DNA of 64,000 nt, taken from the NCBI GenBank assembly GCA_030264375.1, contig JASCQW010000119.1, positions 48,075,237 through 48,139,236 of the forward strand, written 5' to 3'. This DNA is from Carcharhinus longimanus (taxonomy: Eukaryota). Within the stretch, counting starts at the first letter, position 1, and every line of letters begins with the position of its first letter. Position numbers and translations under genes: made by a program. A model generated the notes under the pieces. The model searched no databases and was not told the origin of the DNA. It saw nothing but the letters and a program-made list of their open reading frames with translations. This document shows positions 26,583 to 39,414 of this stretch, in pieces.

Positions 26583-29500
26583 GATGCATGACTAGTGGTT
26601 GTGCAGCTAAATGTTAACTGAAGTGTTTGCATTGTGGGATCAGTGAAATTCAGACACAATTGATGATGTATTCCCTGGTTGATTTGATGGATCAGTGTTC
26701 AGCATGTCTAGGCTGATGTATCATGTGTGACATTAGCCAAGTCTTGATTTGCATAACCAATTGCAAACACTGCATGTGAAATCAGTAATGGAGGATGGAT
26801 GGGGTCATTGGTATGGCATCATGCTCAGTTTATACTGAAAATAGTAATTTAGAGCCACACTATCTGATGAAAATCAAAATGAGTGCTCAGTATGAATAGC
26901 CTGCATCCATCCTCTGATATTCTGGAAAAAAACTATTAAAACATATGTCAGAGGTACCCCAAGGTTGGCTGTGAAGAGGATACTGTGACTAGGATGCTTT
27001 GGTAGAGACTGTTTATTGCTCACCACAGAGTTTACTTATCCATCCTAAGACCAGACACCCAGTGCTGGCTGACTCTTCTTTATATACACATTTGAGTATA
27101 ATTAATTAATCAGTACCCAACACCTGTTCTCCCTATTAATTCAAACTACCAGTTATTTAACATCCATCAACAGAGCATATTAGATACTAATAAATCCAAT
27201 TAAATTGATAAGCAAACAAAAATAGGATACAAAATAATACTTTATCTTATTACACAATCAATCTTTCACATACTGCATATTCCCTGCCATCTTGAAAGCA
27301 ACAAAAAATGCAGTTACAACATGAAAATGTCTGTGTTCTACTCCATTATAACACAAGGCATCCCTCTTCAAGGATATCCAACAATTTCTTCAAACAAGCA
27401 GTTCTTTTTGNNNNNNNNNNAACAATCTAGCAACTGATGACTTGTGGCGAGTCACTTTATTTTTTAAATCTCCTTCCTTTCCAACATCTCTTTTATACTT
27501 CCAAGATCCACCTTTAACCTCTTTTCCATAATACTCTTTGTCGAATGGACATTGTCCTAGATCAAACAGTTATCTATGGAGCATTCTATGAACACATTCT
27601 TTCCTGGTTGTCCCTTTTATAGAGTTCCTTTAAAATACTTGATGAGTACATAGTTATTTCTGTCACTTATATCAATGCAAATGTCTCCTCAGCTGAGGTG
27701 TTTTTAATTACTCTCTATTTGCGTTCCATGCTAATGGACAACATTTATCGTTTATCCCCACTAAAAATATAATGAATACTGCTGTACTTGAATAACCATC
27801 GGGAAGGTTAGCGTGTGAGGTGTCATTAAAAATAACTAATTTCATCCTTTCTGGGTCACCAAAGCTGAAAATCTGAGCATACATTATTCTGAGTTTAATT
27901 TCTTCAATGTCTTATTTGCTTTTAGCACTTCCCCAACAGTAGCATATTTCAGCATGGTGTTCAACTCTAATGGGTCACAGCACAGATCCGGTCTAGTTTG
28001 GGTGCATAACCAGTTTAATTGCCCAATTAAGCTTTTTAATTGATCTGCTTCTTTGTTGGTTATCGAGTCTTCCTTTTCTGAGGATCTAACTGAATTTACC
28101 GAGACTCTATTGATCCTAGGTGAGATTGTTTGGGTTATTCTCAACTTAGTCTGCTTAATGTCCAAACCTATACACTTAAAAGCTCCAGAGCCAGATTTCC
28201 AATTTTGAATTTGTTTATAATTTTTATGTATCACAAATTTCTCAAAAGTTGTATATCTCCCAGCCCACAGAAAATTATCTACATGTATTAAGAAAATGTC
28301 TGCCAATTTTCCTTTATAGTTCTAATGAAACATTACTGGATTTGCTTTTAGCTATAAACAACCAGCTTTTAGTGGGCAGACCTAACTGAAAAATACCATA
28401 CTCTGAATGTATCCTTTAGCCCATAAGCAAACTTGTCCAACCTCCAGAATTTGCCCCTTTGTATTCCAGCTTTTTTTGGAGGCTTTAACAATACTTTTCT
28501 TTGAAATTGTTCTCCTTGCAAAAATATTGCTTTACGTCAATTGATTTACATCCCCATGATTAACTGGTGACAATGCTAGAAAAATCCTCAAACTCACTTT
28601 TCCTATTGTTGGGGAATTTACTCATCCCATTGTTCTTAATTTCCCAAGCTGCAGGCCTAACCTTAGCTTTATATGTACGATCAAGGAGTACTTTCTCTGA
28701 ATATATCTATCTCTGAGACAACATTGGCAGTCCTTTTCTGGCACCTCTGTGTAAATGCCAAATTCTCTCTACTCATTAGTTCCTTCTGGCATATGTGCCT
28801 AGTTCCAACTTTTGGCAGTTGAATTTTGTGATAAATGGCCCTATCCTGATCTTCACTATTCCTTGGTCTTTTCTCAGTTAGCTCATTATCTGTCACAATC
28901 TGTTGCTCGTACAGGTCTGGCATATACATGAGCTAAGTGTATGGCGAATCTTCAATTTCCATCATTGTTTTAGGTTCTGTCAATGTGTAACCATGTGGAA
29001 TGTACTCTCTCAGTTTGGTTACCATCAGTGCCTATAACTTTTCCTGAGCCTCTTCATTCTCTCTCTTTTGTAATATGCCATGTCCCCAGGTTTAAAATTA
29101 ATTCCTGATGGCCTGATTCGATACCTGAAACCTGCCCTTTTTTTCTGAAACTTCTGCCTTAATGCATGGTATTCAAATATTTTGCAGAACTGGAACTAAT
29201 GGATGACCCCCTCCAAAGCTGGGGGATAGGTCAAGGTTATTGACAGTATTGTCAGATTCCTGCCATGATACTAACTAACAGGTAGTGCCCAATGCAGCTG
29301 TCAGTTTACAACTTAGTTAGTCTGCTAAAATCTTTTGGAACATTTCATCAGTCATGGCATGATTTCTCTCACATATCTCATTGCTAAAAGGACTATATGC
29401 TGTTGCATGCATTGCCACAATATTCAAATTTTCATTCCTCCTGCATTCACCATAAATAAATTCTCCTCCATTCTCCATTAAGAATTTAGCTGGTGCTCCT

Positions 29501-30319
29501 AGCCCCGTCCCTACCAATGTTTCCATTACTTTTTTGTTTTTACTTTTTTGTTTTCGTTGCCAGACTAAATATAGTCACTATGTCTACAAAATGTAAAAGA
29601 TCTTTTCTCTTTATCCCATAGTTTGAGGTTCATCGCTATGATTTTATTAACATTTCTCACCAATCGCAGACTTACTGCTGGTCATGGTAGCATTCTCTTG
29701 TACTGTTTACAAATATCACATTTTTCACTGATACCCTTGACAAGTCTAGTGTATTCCTTATCCAGTATCCTTACATCCTTTAATAGAATTTTCAGCTGAT
29801 GGTCAGAGAGATGTGCAAATTGTCAGTGTAGTTTTGCTATTTCCCCTTAAATCCCTATCCCCACCTGCCATTCAATATCTTTTTAACATTCTGTCTGGAG
29901 ATGGTGGGCTTTAAAGATATACAATAATGTCCCAAATGTGTAAATTGCAAATCTACAGGTCTCCCAAAGTTTTATTACACTCAATGTCTAGCTTAATTTG
30001 GGCCTTCTTCATTGACAAAACTAAATGTATTTCACTCAATGCAATACTAGTGCTTGATATAGTGATTTACCCCTGCTATTTTACATGAAATTACTACTTT
30101 CTTTCATTATTTCAATATGTTACCATCAGCAAAACTAAAAACAAGTAGAACTGTCATTTTTTTTACTTTACTTTGGTCTTCATTACTTAAGGAATTCATG
30201 TAACAGATTAGCTAGTCCATTCCACATAGCAGATGTAAACCGACGATCTAGAATTTGCAATTGAATGAAAATGCAACTAGAATACTCATTACCAGACTGA
30301 AACATCTGGTCATCAATAG

Positions 30320-30600
30320 GGGAGACAGTGGCACAGTGATATTGTCACTAGATTAATAATCCAGAGAGCCAGGGTAATGCTCTGGGGAACTGGATTTGAA
30401 TCCCACCACTGAAGACAGTGAAATTTGAAATCAATAAAAATTCAGAATTAAAAATGATGACCATTGTTGTAAAACATTCCTTTAGGGAAGGAAATCTGTC
30501 ATCCTTACCTGATCTAACTCAAACCCACAGAATGTGGGTGACTCATAAAAATGCCCTCTGAAATGACTAGCGACACCTTAATCCCATGGATGATTTTTTA
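30320..30600 (+). mobile_element. tRNA-derived SINE
   Basis: Box A tggcacagtg, box B-like tttgaatccc, body tttagggaaggaaatctg. Same family as 63520-64000 and ~38800-39100 (minus). Confidence 0.6.
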
Positions 30601-30699
30601 AAAATGATTCCTTCTGAGTGGGCAGTCATATGTTGTCATATTGTCATATGTTGTTTCAAAAATTCTGTTTTTCATTTTTAGGCAGTTCAACACATAATG

Positions 30700-30945
30700 A
30701 TACATAAGAACATAAGAAATAGGAGCAGGAGTAGGCCAACTAGCCCTTCGAGCCTGCCCCGCCATTCAATAAGATCNNNNNNNNNNNNNNNNNNNNNNNN
30801 NNNNNNNNNNNNNNNNNNNNNNNNNNNNNNNNNNNNNNNNNNNNNNNNNNNNNNNNNNNNNNNNNNNNNNNNNNNNTAAGATCATGGCTGATCTGTCGTG
30901 GCTCAGTTCCACATTCCCGCCCTCTCCCCATAACCCTTAATCCCC
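30700..30945 (-). mobile_element. CR1 3' end (spans gap)
   Basis: cataagaacataagaaataggagcaggagtaggcc tail. Confidence 0.75.
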
Positions 30946-31720
30946 TCTCTTCTTACAGTCACTTATGAAGCACTGGCTATTCTTGAGGTACATCCTCCTT
31001 CCATAACTGCCCAATTCCTGCCACCTAGTATAGCTCCCAAAAATGTCGCTGTTCGCATGCCTTTTGTTTGTAACTCTTCATTCATACAAAATTTGGGCCC
31101 TATGTTCAAATGGTCCTAAAATACTGTTAGCTAGCATTGTATCCTCCATCTTTGACATCACCGCTGAAGAGCCCATCTGCACCTTAAAAGTGGCCAGGAA
31201 TTAATGCTTTCCCAGAAATATTTTTAAGGCTACAGACGTTTGATCCAAAAGCATTTCAATCTCTTTGAATCTAATTTCACATAAAACAAAGAGCCTATCC
31301 ATACTTGGTATTCTAGCACAGGTCAACAATTCAAAGGCAAGTATTGATTTAGGAATTTCCAAGTAGAATCACTGCCAGCTTTTATATGATAAATTAAACC
31401 ACATTATGCCATGGAAGAATTATCCATTTTTTGAAATTTATCAAAGTCTGTCTAAGTTCAGTAAGTTTCCTTTCATATAAATTTTAACCATGAATTTCAA
31501 GAGAGTGTCCAAATCTTCTTTGTCCAATTCATGAGCATCTAGTTCTGCAAACACTTTCCAGCGAATCTTGCTCTTGGCAGGAGGTGAATGTGCCAGATAC
31601 AATCCTTGCTTTCTTTTCAGTAATAATGTAACCAATGTCCATATGTTAGATGTATTTTTCCATTGATCATTAGGTTCAATTTCACAAAACAATGGTGGAA
31701 AATCATATCCTGCCACATTT

Positions 31721-31950
31721 CATAGAATCCTATAGTACAGTAAGAAGCCATTCGGCCCATCGAGTCGAATCCCACCTAGCCTTATCCCCATAACCCCATG
31801 CATTTCTCCCAACACTAAGGGGCAATTTAGCGTGGCCAATTCACCTAACCCGCACATCTTTGGACTGTGGAACAAAACCGGAGCACCTGGAGGAAATCCA
31901 TGCAGACACAGGGAGAACATGCAAACTCACTAACCACTGTACCACCATGA
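31721..31950 (-). mobile_element. HE1-like V-SINE
   Basis: Reverse complement of ...gtttgcatgttctccctgtgtctgcatggatttcctccaggtgctccgg...ccaaagatgtgcgggttagg, with a CR1-type tail. Confidence 0.75.
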
Positions 31951-32002
31951 CGCCTCTTTCTTCAAAGAGTCTCCAATTACAATCTTCTCTCAAAAAAACT
32001 CA

Positions 32003-32335
32003 AAGGATCATTTGGACTCAAAACATCAGCTCTTTTTTCTCCTTACAGATGATGCCAGACCTGCTGATTTTGCAGCATTTTCTCTTTTGGTTTCAGATTC
32101 CAGCTTCTGCAGTAATTTGNNNNNNNNNNNNNNNNNNNNNNNNNNNNNNNNNNNNNNNNNNNNNNNNNNNNNNNNNNNNNNNNNNNNNNNNNNNNNNNNN
32201 NNNNNNNNNNNNNNNNNNNATTTGGACTCAAAACATCAGCTCTTTTTTCTCCTTACAGATGCTGCCAGACCTGCTGATTTTCCAGCATTTTCTCTTTTGG
32301 TTTCAGATTCCAGCATCTGCAGTAATTTGTTTTTT
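32003..32335 (+). mobile_element. Penelope-type terminal repeat fragment (duplicated across gap)
   Basis: Homologous to the reverse complement of 258-380. Confidence 0.6.
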
Positions 32336-32925
32336 TCTCTCTTATGTAAGGAAGTAAATCTTAGATTTGATGGAATCTCCATCAAAATTAAACTTCAAGT
32401 TACTAAAGGGAAGGTATTGTAATTCCCCTTAGATAGCTACAATCTGAATAAGTAAGAGTAGAGCGTGTGTATTATATAAAGAAGTTCAGTTACATCGGTT
32501 GAAATCTGAAGTACTTTCGGAACTGTCATTCCGATTGATGTATTTTAAAGTACATAAATCAGGACTAAAGCAGCAATGATTTCCCTTCCCGTCTCCTAGG
32601 TGGGCAAGTCCTGATTCAAGACAGTGCATCTCAAATCTTCATTGGCAAGGAACACAGTTCGAATAAGGGTGCTGTCGAAATGTTTGCACTGGTTTTATAG
32701 CTAATGGTTACAGTGCGAATCTAATATTTATTATAACCATTAATTTTACAATCGAAACAAAATTGATACAGATTTACTTGGGAGTGTAACATAGCTATGA
32801 AATTCTGTGTACATTTGATTAATTTAAAAATATAGCAAACTATACTTTAAGTTACTTGGCCCAGAACTACATCGTATGGGAATATTTATTTGAATACAAT
32901 AGTTCGTGCAGAAGATTTAACTCAC

Positions 32926-33081
32926 CGCTTTGTAAGTCCGCTTCTGTCCAGCGTGTTTCGTCGTCTTCCCAGTCTCTGTTCCTGTTTCCACATGCATGGA
33001 ATAAATGATGTCGAAAAAATCTTCTACCACAGCCACGCGTTTCAGAGAGATGCTCTCCTTAGCTGTGACTCCATCTCCAGT
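32926..33081 (-). CDS. NOL4L: NOL4-family (NOL4L-like) internal coding exon, 156 bp, phase 0/0: TGDGVTAKESISLKRVAVVEDFFDIIYSMHVETGTETGKTTKHAGQKRTYKA
   Basis: Acceptor tgtgctttcacag| with a branch-like TGCTAAT about 30 nt upstream; donor |GTGAGT. The peptide RVAVVEDFFDIIYSMHVE...KHAGQK matches NOL4/NOL4L as I recall them. The paralog call (NOL4L vs NOL4) is less certain than the family call. Confidence 0.9.
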
Positions 33082-34814
33082 CTGTGAAAGCACATTACAA
33101 CATTCATTAGCAGCGATCGTTTCAGGAATATCAGCGCATCGTTGCTGACCGTATGCATTCAACTAGCTAGCAACGCAGTGATAGGTTATCAGTTATCACA
33201 AAACAAGCAAACACATCTTACACATCCCAGATTTTGGCAAGACTGAGACAGGAATCGAAAAAGGGAAGATTATACAGGGACCACTGGTGAGCCTCCAACA
33301 TATTTCAGTTGAAAACAAAAACATGACTTCTAATTCCCTCTATGGCCTCACACCTCAGACATTCGGCACAAGAATGCCCCATGATTTACAACATATAACT
33401 CCAATGGTTTAATTTTCCATTTAAAATAGCAAAGACTTGACTTCACATGTAATCACGAAAATTATCTCTTGCTTTATACAGTTTATAAATAGTCACATTT
33501 TGTTTTGTAATGCCCCATAAAGAACCTTGGGACGCTTTATTACATTTGATGCCCTATATAAATATATGTTGTTTATACATAAAACAGTTAATCACATCTT
33601 TAACGTTGGATTTGATCGTGCTGTCTCCTAGTTTGGTAAATATTATTTCAAAGTTATCATGTGACACTTATACGATACATGAAGTAAATTAGGTTAAACC
33701 AAACAGGAAACAAACGAGTGTATATTTTATTAATTTTAATAATGTGAAAACATTCACCCACTATGGGCCGACGTGGATATTTTGTTATCGGTTCAAAATA
33801 GTTTACAACTTCTTCACCATTCTGAATGTATTTAAAAGGCAATTTCCATACGTAAAGAGGTTGGATGACAAGGTTGAGAATTAGCAGGATTGCGAATTAA
33901 ACGGCTCATTAATCACATCAGCCATTATTTTCCATTTAAAATCATCTTCAATTTATACTCCGCCCCCAGCAGCTTCGTGCCTGGGTGTTGAACCTCAGTT
34001 AATTATTGTCTGAAACAGCCTAACCGAGCAAAGTGGTAATATATTAAACATTAGTGTGATCCATTGCATTTTTGAAATACTATCTTACAAATGGCCATAA
34101 TTGCTCTAGCTACAAATGTAAATGTTCTAGAGCCAGCAACACGAGAATATCACCAGAGTACTTGGAATGGGTACTTGATACTTGGACTGATAGAAATCAG
34201 TTGCAGTTGAATTTGAGGGGAAAACACCTTCATGCTATACCACAGGTGGTAAGAAAAAGAAAAACTGCACTTGTGCAGCACCTTTCAGGACCCAAATTCG
34301 CTTTACAGCCAGTGAAGTATTTTTGAAGTGTAGTAGTTGTTCTAGTGTAGGATATAAAAGATGCGTATTGAGCCATGGGTGCCAACCATGGCCGCCAACT
34401 ATCTGGACTGACACTGAGCAATACCGAGAAAATGCTGCATTTTGGACGGTGTTACCTTCTGGTCAAGATTAACCATGGCCTGCTCTATCAGTTCAGATCC
34501 CAAGGCACATTTTCAAAGAATAAGTAAAACTTATTCCTGGTCAATGTTTGTCCCTCAACCGAAACATATTAAGCAGTCCTTCATCTTTCTCATTGATGTT
34601 GATGGAGCCCTGTTGTGTACAAGTGGATCTGTTTACCAACATATCAGTCCCACTAATTCTGTTAATACTGCCAATTCTGAGTATGTAACTATTTACAACC
34701 TGTGATCATGAAAGAATCAATGGGACAGGTTTTCCTGGGTTTAACAAAGAGGTTAGTTTATTATACTTAAACTGATGTAAGAACGAGCACTGATTTTCCT
34801 GTGGGCATGCACAC

Positions 34815-35327
34815 GCTTTTGGAGTCTTGCTCCTTCTTCTGGTGAATGAGGAGTTGTGTTCACAAACAGGGCATTTACAGACACAAACTCAATTTACAAG
34901 ATAATTGTTGGAATGCAAGTCCTTACAGGTAATTAAGTCTTAAAGATACATACAATGTGAGTGGAGAGAAGGCCAAGCACTGGTTGAAGAGGTGGGTTTT
35001 GTCTCCAGCCCCACAACTTGCCTGGGCTTGCAAAATCTCACTAGCTGTTCTAGCTGGAGACAATGTACACCTCTTTAACCTGTGCTTGGCTCTCTCTCCA
35101 CTCACATTGTCTGTATCTTTAAGACTTGATTACCTGTAAAGGCTCGCATTCCATCTTGTAAATTGAGTTTGTGTCTGTATATGCTGTTTGTGAAGACAAA
35201 TCCTCACTCACCTGAAGAAGGAGTGAGACTCCCAAAGCTTGTGCTATCAAACAAACCTGTTGGACTTTAACCTAGTGTTGTTTCTTACTGTGCTTACACC
35301 AGTCCAACACTGGCATTTCCAGAACAT
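34815..35327. mobile_element. Fold-back Penelope-type (pLTR) insertion with ~200-bp inverted arms
   Basis: Arms ~34811-35009 and ~35052-35243 (the ORF track shows mirror peptides). 11-bp TSD GGCATGCACAC (34804-34814 / 35328-35338). Hammerhead-like CTGAAGA-ggag..ctcc in both arms. Confidence 0.75.
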
Positions 35328-36644
35328 GGCATGCACACACACATACCCACACTCAAAGTGCATATACATACAAATGCAGATTAGAGTGGGGAAGAAAAGA
35401 TTGACTAAATCTAAGTACATACAAAAATTCAATCGAATATACAGTCTTTTGTTTGAGTACTTGGCTGTCTTCTAGCTAATTTCAATGGTCTTGATGCTTC
35501 CGATTTAAAGATATAGATGATGTGTTGTTATTTGGGAGAATGTCGTGCTGGTTCAGATTCTTTTAAGAAATCTCTGTCAGCAGCTGGATGTGCCTCGATT
35601 ATCACAGTCAGGAAACTGCTCGAAGTTTACCAGGTGGATTTGGAGACAAAAGGAGGCAGGAGGAACGCCACTTAGGTCTTCTCCTCAAGATTAAGCTCGG
35701 TGTCAGATAGCTCTGGTAGCACCTATCCCATCAATCAAAATGGCGGGATCCCACATCAGATTCTGCACCTGGAGCCTCATGAGTTGTGCACAGGCAAGTT
35801 CCCCTCTGGCGCTCCTCACAGGCCAGCAGCTGATTTGCCAACCTGCCGTCAGATGATGGGGTTGAAGGTCCTGGAGCCATATTTTAAAAAACTGTCCAGC
35901 ACACTCATATCACTCTCTCCAGGCCATCTGTCTTCACCAGATCACACAGGACATCAACAGCCCAGTGGAAAAAGGCTAGCAGCCTTCAACAAAGTCTGTT
36001 CCTTGATTCAACCATCTTCCCTCTGAGCTCATCTACTATGAGGTGCCTATGCCCCACTTCAATCTCCACCCACTGCATCTGGTTCTTCATCCATTCCCTT
36101 TCAGTAAATGATGCAGTATCTCTTTGATCCTCTTGTTTGTGAAATTTTCATGCAGATTTTTCAAGGTTCAACTTCCCTGTGCCTTCCATTGTTCGTCTTT
36201 TTCATCCACCTTCTTGCATCTCTGCCTGCCATTGCAAACCCTCACCCTGCAAATCAATGCAAATGGCATTTGTGCCACCTGCCTGTGAAAAACCAACCCA
36301 CCATTGGAGAATTGCCACGTGATTTTACTCCAGTACGTTTTTGACTTTTTGGATCTCTGTTCCTGCCCACCACTGAACCTGCCATGGATGGGATGACAGA
36401 ATTCTCCCTTTGTTGAATTTTGCAGACAGACTGACTCCACTCCAATGAATTAGAATATGGGACATATACTAAATAAAATTGAGATTAGCCATCATGGGCT
36501 GTGAGTTCAAATTACTTTAGTCTCTGTGGTCTGTCTTTAAAGTTCAATTCAGATTTCCAGGTCATGGATGAAAAATCATTATTTGGCATACGCTTTTACA
36601 CCTTCATGACAAAAGCAAGAAGACCATCATCTTATCAAGACCAT

Positions 36645-37790
36645 AACATCATAAGAAATAGGAACAGGGTAAGCCATTCAGCCCTTTCAGCCTGCTCTAC
36701 CATTTAATAAGATCATGGATGATCTAACACTCACTATGTCCACTTTCCTGCCTTATCTCTGAAACCCTTAATTCCCCTACCTATGATGTGCCTATGCCCC
36801 ACTTCAACCTTGAGGCAGAGAGTGGGTGTCAATGGGTGCTACTAGGATTGGCGGTTGGTGACTACTGGAGTGCCCCAGGGATCGGTGCTGGGGCCTCAGC
36901 TATTTACCATTTATTTAGATGATCTGGAGGAGGGAACCGAGTGTAAGGTGTCGAAATTTGCTGATGACACCAAGATTGGTGGAACGGCAAATTGTGCGGA
37001 GGGTGTGGAAAGTCTGCAGAGGGNNNNNNNNNNNNNNNNNNNNNNNNNNNNNNNNNNNNNNNNNNNNNNNNNNNNNNNNNNNNNNNNNNNNNNNNNNNNN
37101 NNNNNNNNNNNNNNNNNNNNNNNTCAGCCATGATCTTATTGAATGGCGGGGCAGGCTTGAAGGGCTAGATGGCCTACTCCTGCTCCTAATTCTTATGTTC
37201 TACCGATCGCAGCCTTGAAAATATTCAAGGTCTTGGCCTCCACACCTTCCTGAGGTGAAGAATTCCAAAGATTCATCATCCTTTCGGAAAAAATATTTTT
37301 CCTCAAATCCGTCTTAAATAAGCACTCCCTTATTCTGTGACTATGCCTTCTGGTCCTACATTCGCCCATGAGTGAAAAACATCCTCCCAACATTTACCCT
37401 GTTTCAGTCATATGAGCAGTTATTCTTCTAAACACCAAGAGTACAGACCAATCTTGTTTAATCTTTCCCAATATGGCAGCCCCTCCATACCTGAGATCAT
37501 CCTAGTAAATCTTCCCTGTACTGTCTCCAGTGATAATATATCTTTCCTTAAATAAGGGAGTCAAACTGTACACAGCATTCTAAATGTGACTTCACTAGTA
37601 CCTTGCACAGTTGCATCAACAACTCCACTTTTATATTTCACCCCCTTAAAAGCAGCATTGCAATTGGCCTACCCTATTAACTTCTGCACTTTGTGCTAGC
37701 TTCGTTGGTTTCATGAACAAGGATCCCTAAGTCCCTGTTCTCCAGCTTTCTTTAGTCTCTCTCTATTTACATAATAATGTGCCTTCTCAT
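36645..37790 (-). mobile_element. Older CR1 3' portion (host)
   Basis: Tail at 36645-36780 continues at 37200 (FKTDLRKNIFSERMMNLWNS). Confidence 0.75.
36811..37199 (+). mobile_element. Young 5'-truncated CR1 (spans gap)
   Basis: Intact [23 protein letters not shown]...KFADDTK, plus tail. ctacc duplication at 36777-36781 / 37200-37204. Confidence 0.85.
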
Positions 37791-39414
37791 TTTTTCTTTG
37801 CTAGAATAATAATAAATACCATTATTTGACTTCAGCACATAATCTAAGCTGACACTTCAGTACAGTATGATGGGTACACTGCATGAGTGAAGGCACTCTT
37901 TCAGTTATAACCCATGCTTATATATAAAGCAGTGACTGTTTAAAATGGAAAAGTTCTTTGATATATCACAAAAATATCGAAAGAGAGACTAGAAGTGACC
38001 AAAAGCTTTGTTGAAGACATCACGAAGGAAAGACTAGAGATGGTGAGATAGAACATGTTTCAGAAAGAATTTCAGTGAGTGGGACCAATAGGACTGAAAA
38101 ACTACCACCAGTGGAGGAGAAGGGAGCAATAGAGGACTAGATAATTTGGGAGAAGATTTGTAGGCCTAGAAGAGGTTACAGAAGTAAGGAGAAGCAACAG
38201 GATGATGGAAAAATTTAAAGATGGGAACAAGAATTCTAATTTGGAAGATTGGAAAACTGGTAGGGAACGAGGCAGAAACACAATCAGTTTGGAAATGGTG
38301 AGGAGCAAGTAACAGAACGTTAAGCTAGATGGAAGAATTTGTTGGGAAACAAGTGACTGTCCAACAGGAACAACGTTTTAATCAATGCAATTATATTGGT
38401 ATAATCATCTCCAATTAGCTGGGGCATTTTCATATTCATGGAGACATTTTGCTTTAAAATTACTTTTAAATGGCCTGCATTTCCACAGCATCTTTCAGCA
38501 TCTCAAGACTCCTCTAAATGCTTTACAACCAATTAAGTATTTTTTGAAGTGTATTCAATGTTGTAAGTTAGGAAATGCTGCAGACAACATGCACACAGCA
38601 AACTTTCACAAACAGCAATTAAGTAATGACCAGATAATCTGTTTTTGTAGTGTTGATTGAGGGTTATTGGCAGAACACTGGTTTACATCCCTGTTTTTCT
38701 TTGAAATAATGTTATGGGATCTTTGCTGAGAAGGTAGATAGGGCCTCAGTTTAACAGCTCATCTGAGCACTCCCTCAATTTCTAAAAAATATTTTCATTG
38801 AATGTGACAAGGGCAGTATTTGTTACCCAACCCTAATTTTTCTTGAACTGAGTGGCTTGCTCAGTCATTGCAGACAGCAGTTAAGAGTCAACAACATTGC
38901 TGTTGGTTTGAAGTCACATGTAAACCAAATCAGGTAAGGACTGCAGATTCTCTCCCCTAGAAGAAATTTTTGAACTCGATGGGTTTTTATAACAATCAGT
39001 GATAGTTTCATGGCACCTTTATTGAGACTAGCTTTTAATTAAATTGAATTTAAATCCCACCAGCTGCTGTATGTTCCCACAGCATCTCAATTATTAGTGA
39101 TTCCCACTACGCTGTCATCTTGTTAAATTATGAGGGTTTTAATACTGTATGTAGGAAGAAACTTTTTTCACTGGCAAGAAGTTGTCAACTTTAGGACAGA
39201 TTTGTGGTAATTGTAACAGAACCTGGAGACAAATGCAGCAAGATGTTATGATCTGGAGTGCAAATGTGGTGGAAACAGACTCAAATAGTAATTTGCAGAA
39301 GTATTATAAGTATGGTAACATAAATGTTTTGTTATTAGACTTGTAGATCAAAGACTTGAATTAATAACGTGGAAAAGTGAGTTCAAATTCCGCAGTGGTG
39401 GTTGGGGAATTTTT

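Larger units (their letters stand above)
26946..31716 (-). mobile_element. Decayed Ty1/copia (GalEa-like) LTR retrotransposon, copy 1
   Basis: Order gag (MAGYDFPPLF..) - PR - integrase (KFLMENGGEF; AYSPFSNEICERNH) - RT (FLIHVDNF; LIGQLNWLCTQTRPD) - RNase H (DTSHANL; EKRLKVD) is the copia domain order. LTR at 26946-27162 has TG...CA ends. Confidence 0.8.

Noticed and set aside
32010-32330. ~110-bp direct repeat on both sides of a 100-N gap
   Set aside because: Near-identical copies (3 differences) abut the gap; most likely unmerged contig overlap or haplotypes, not a true tandem.
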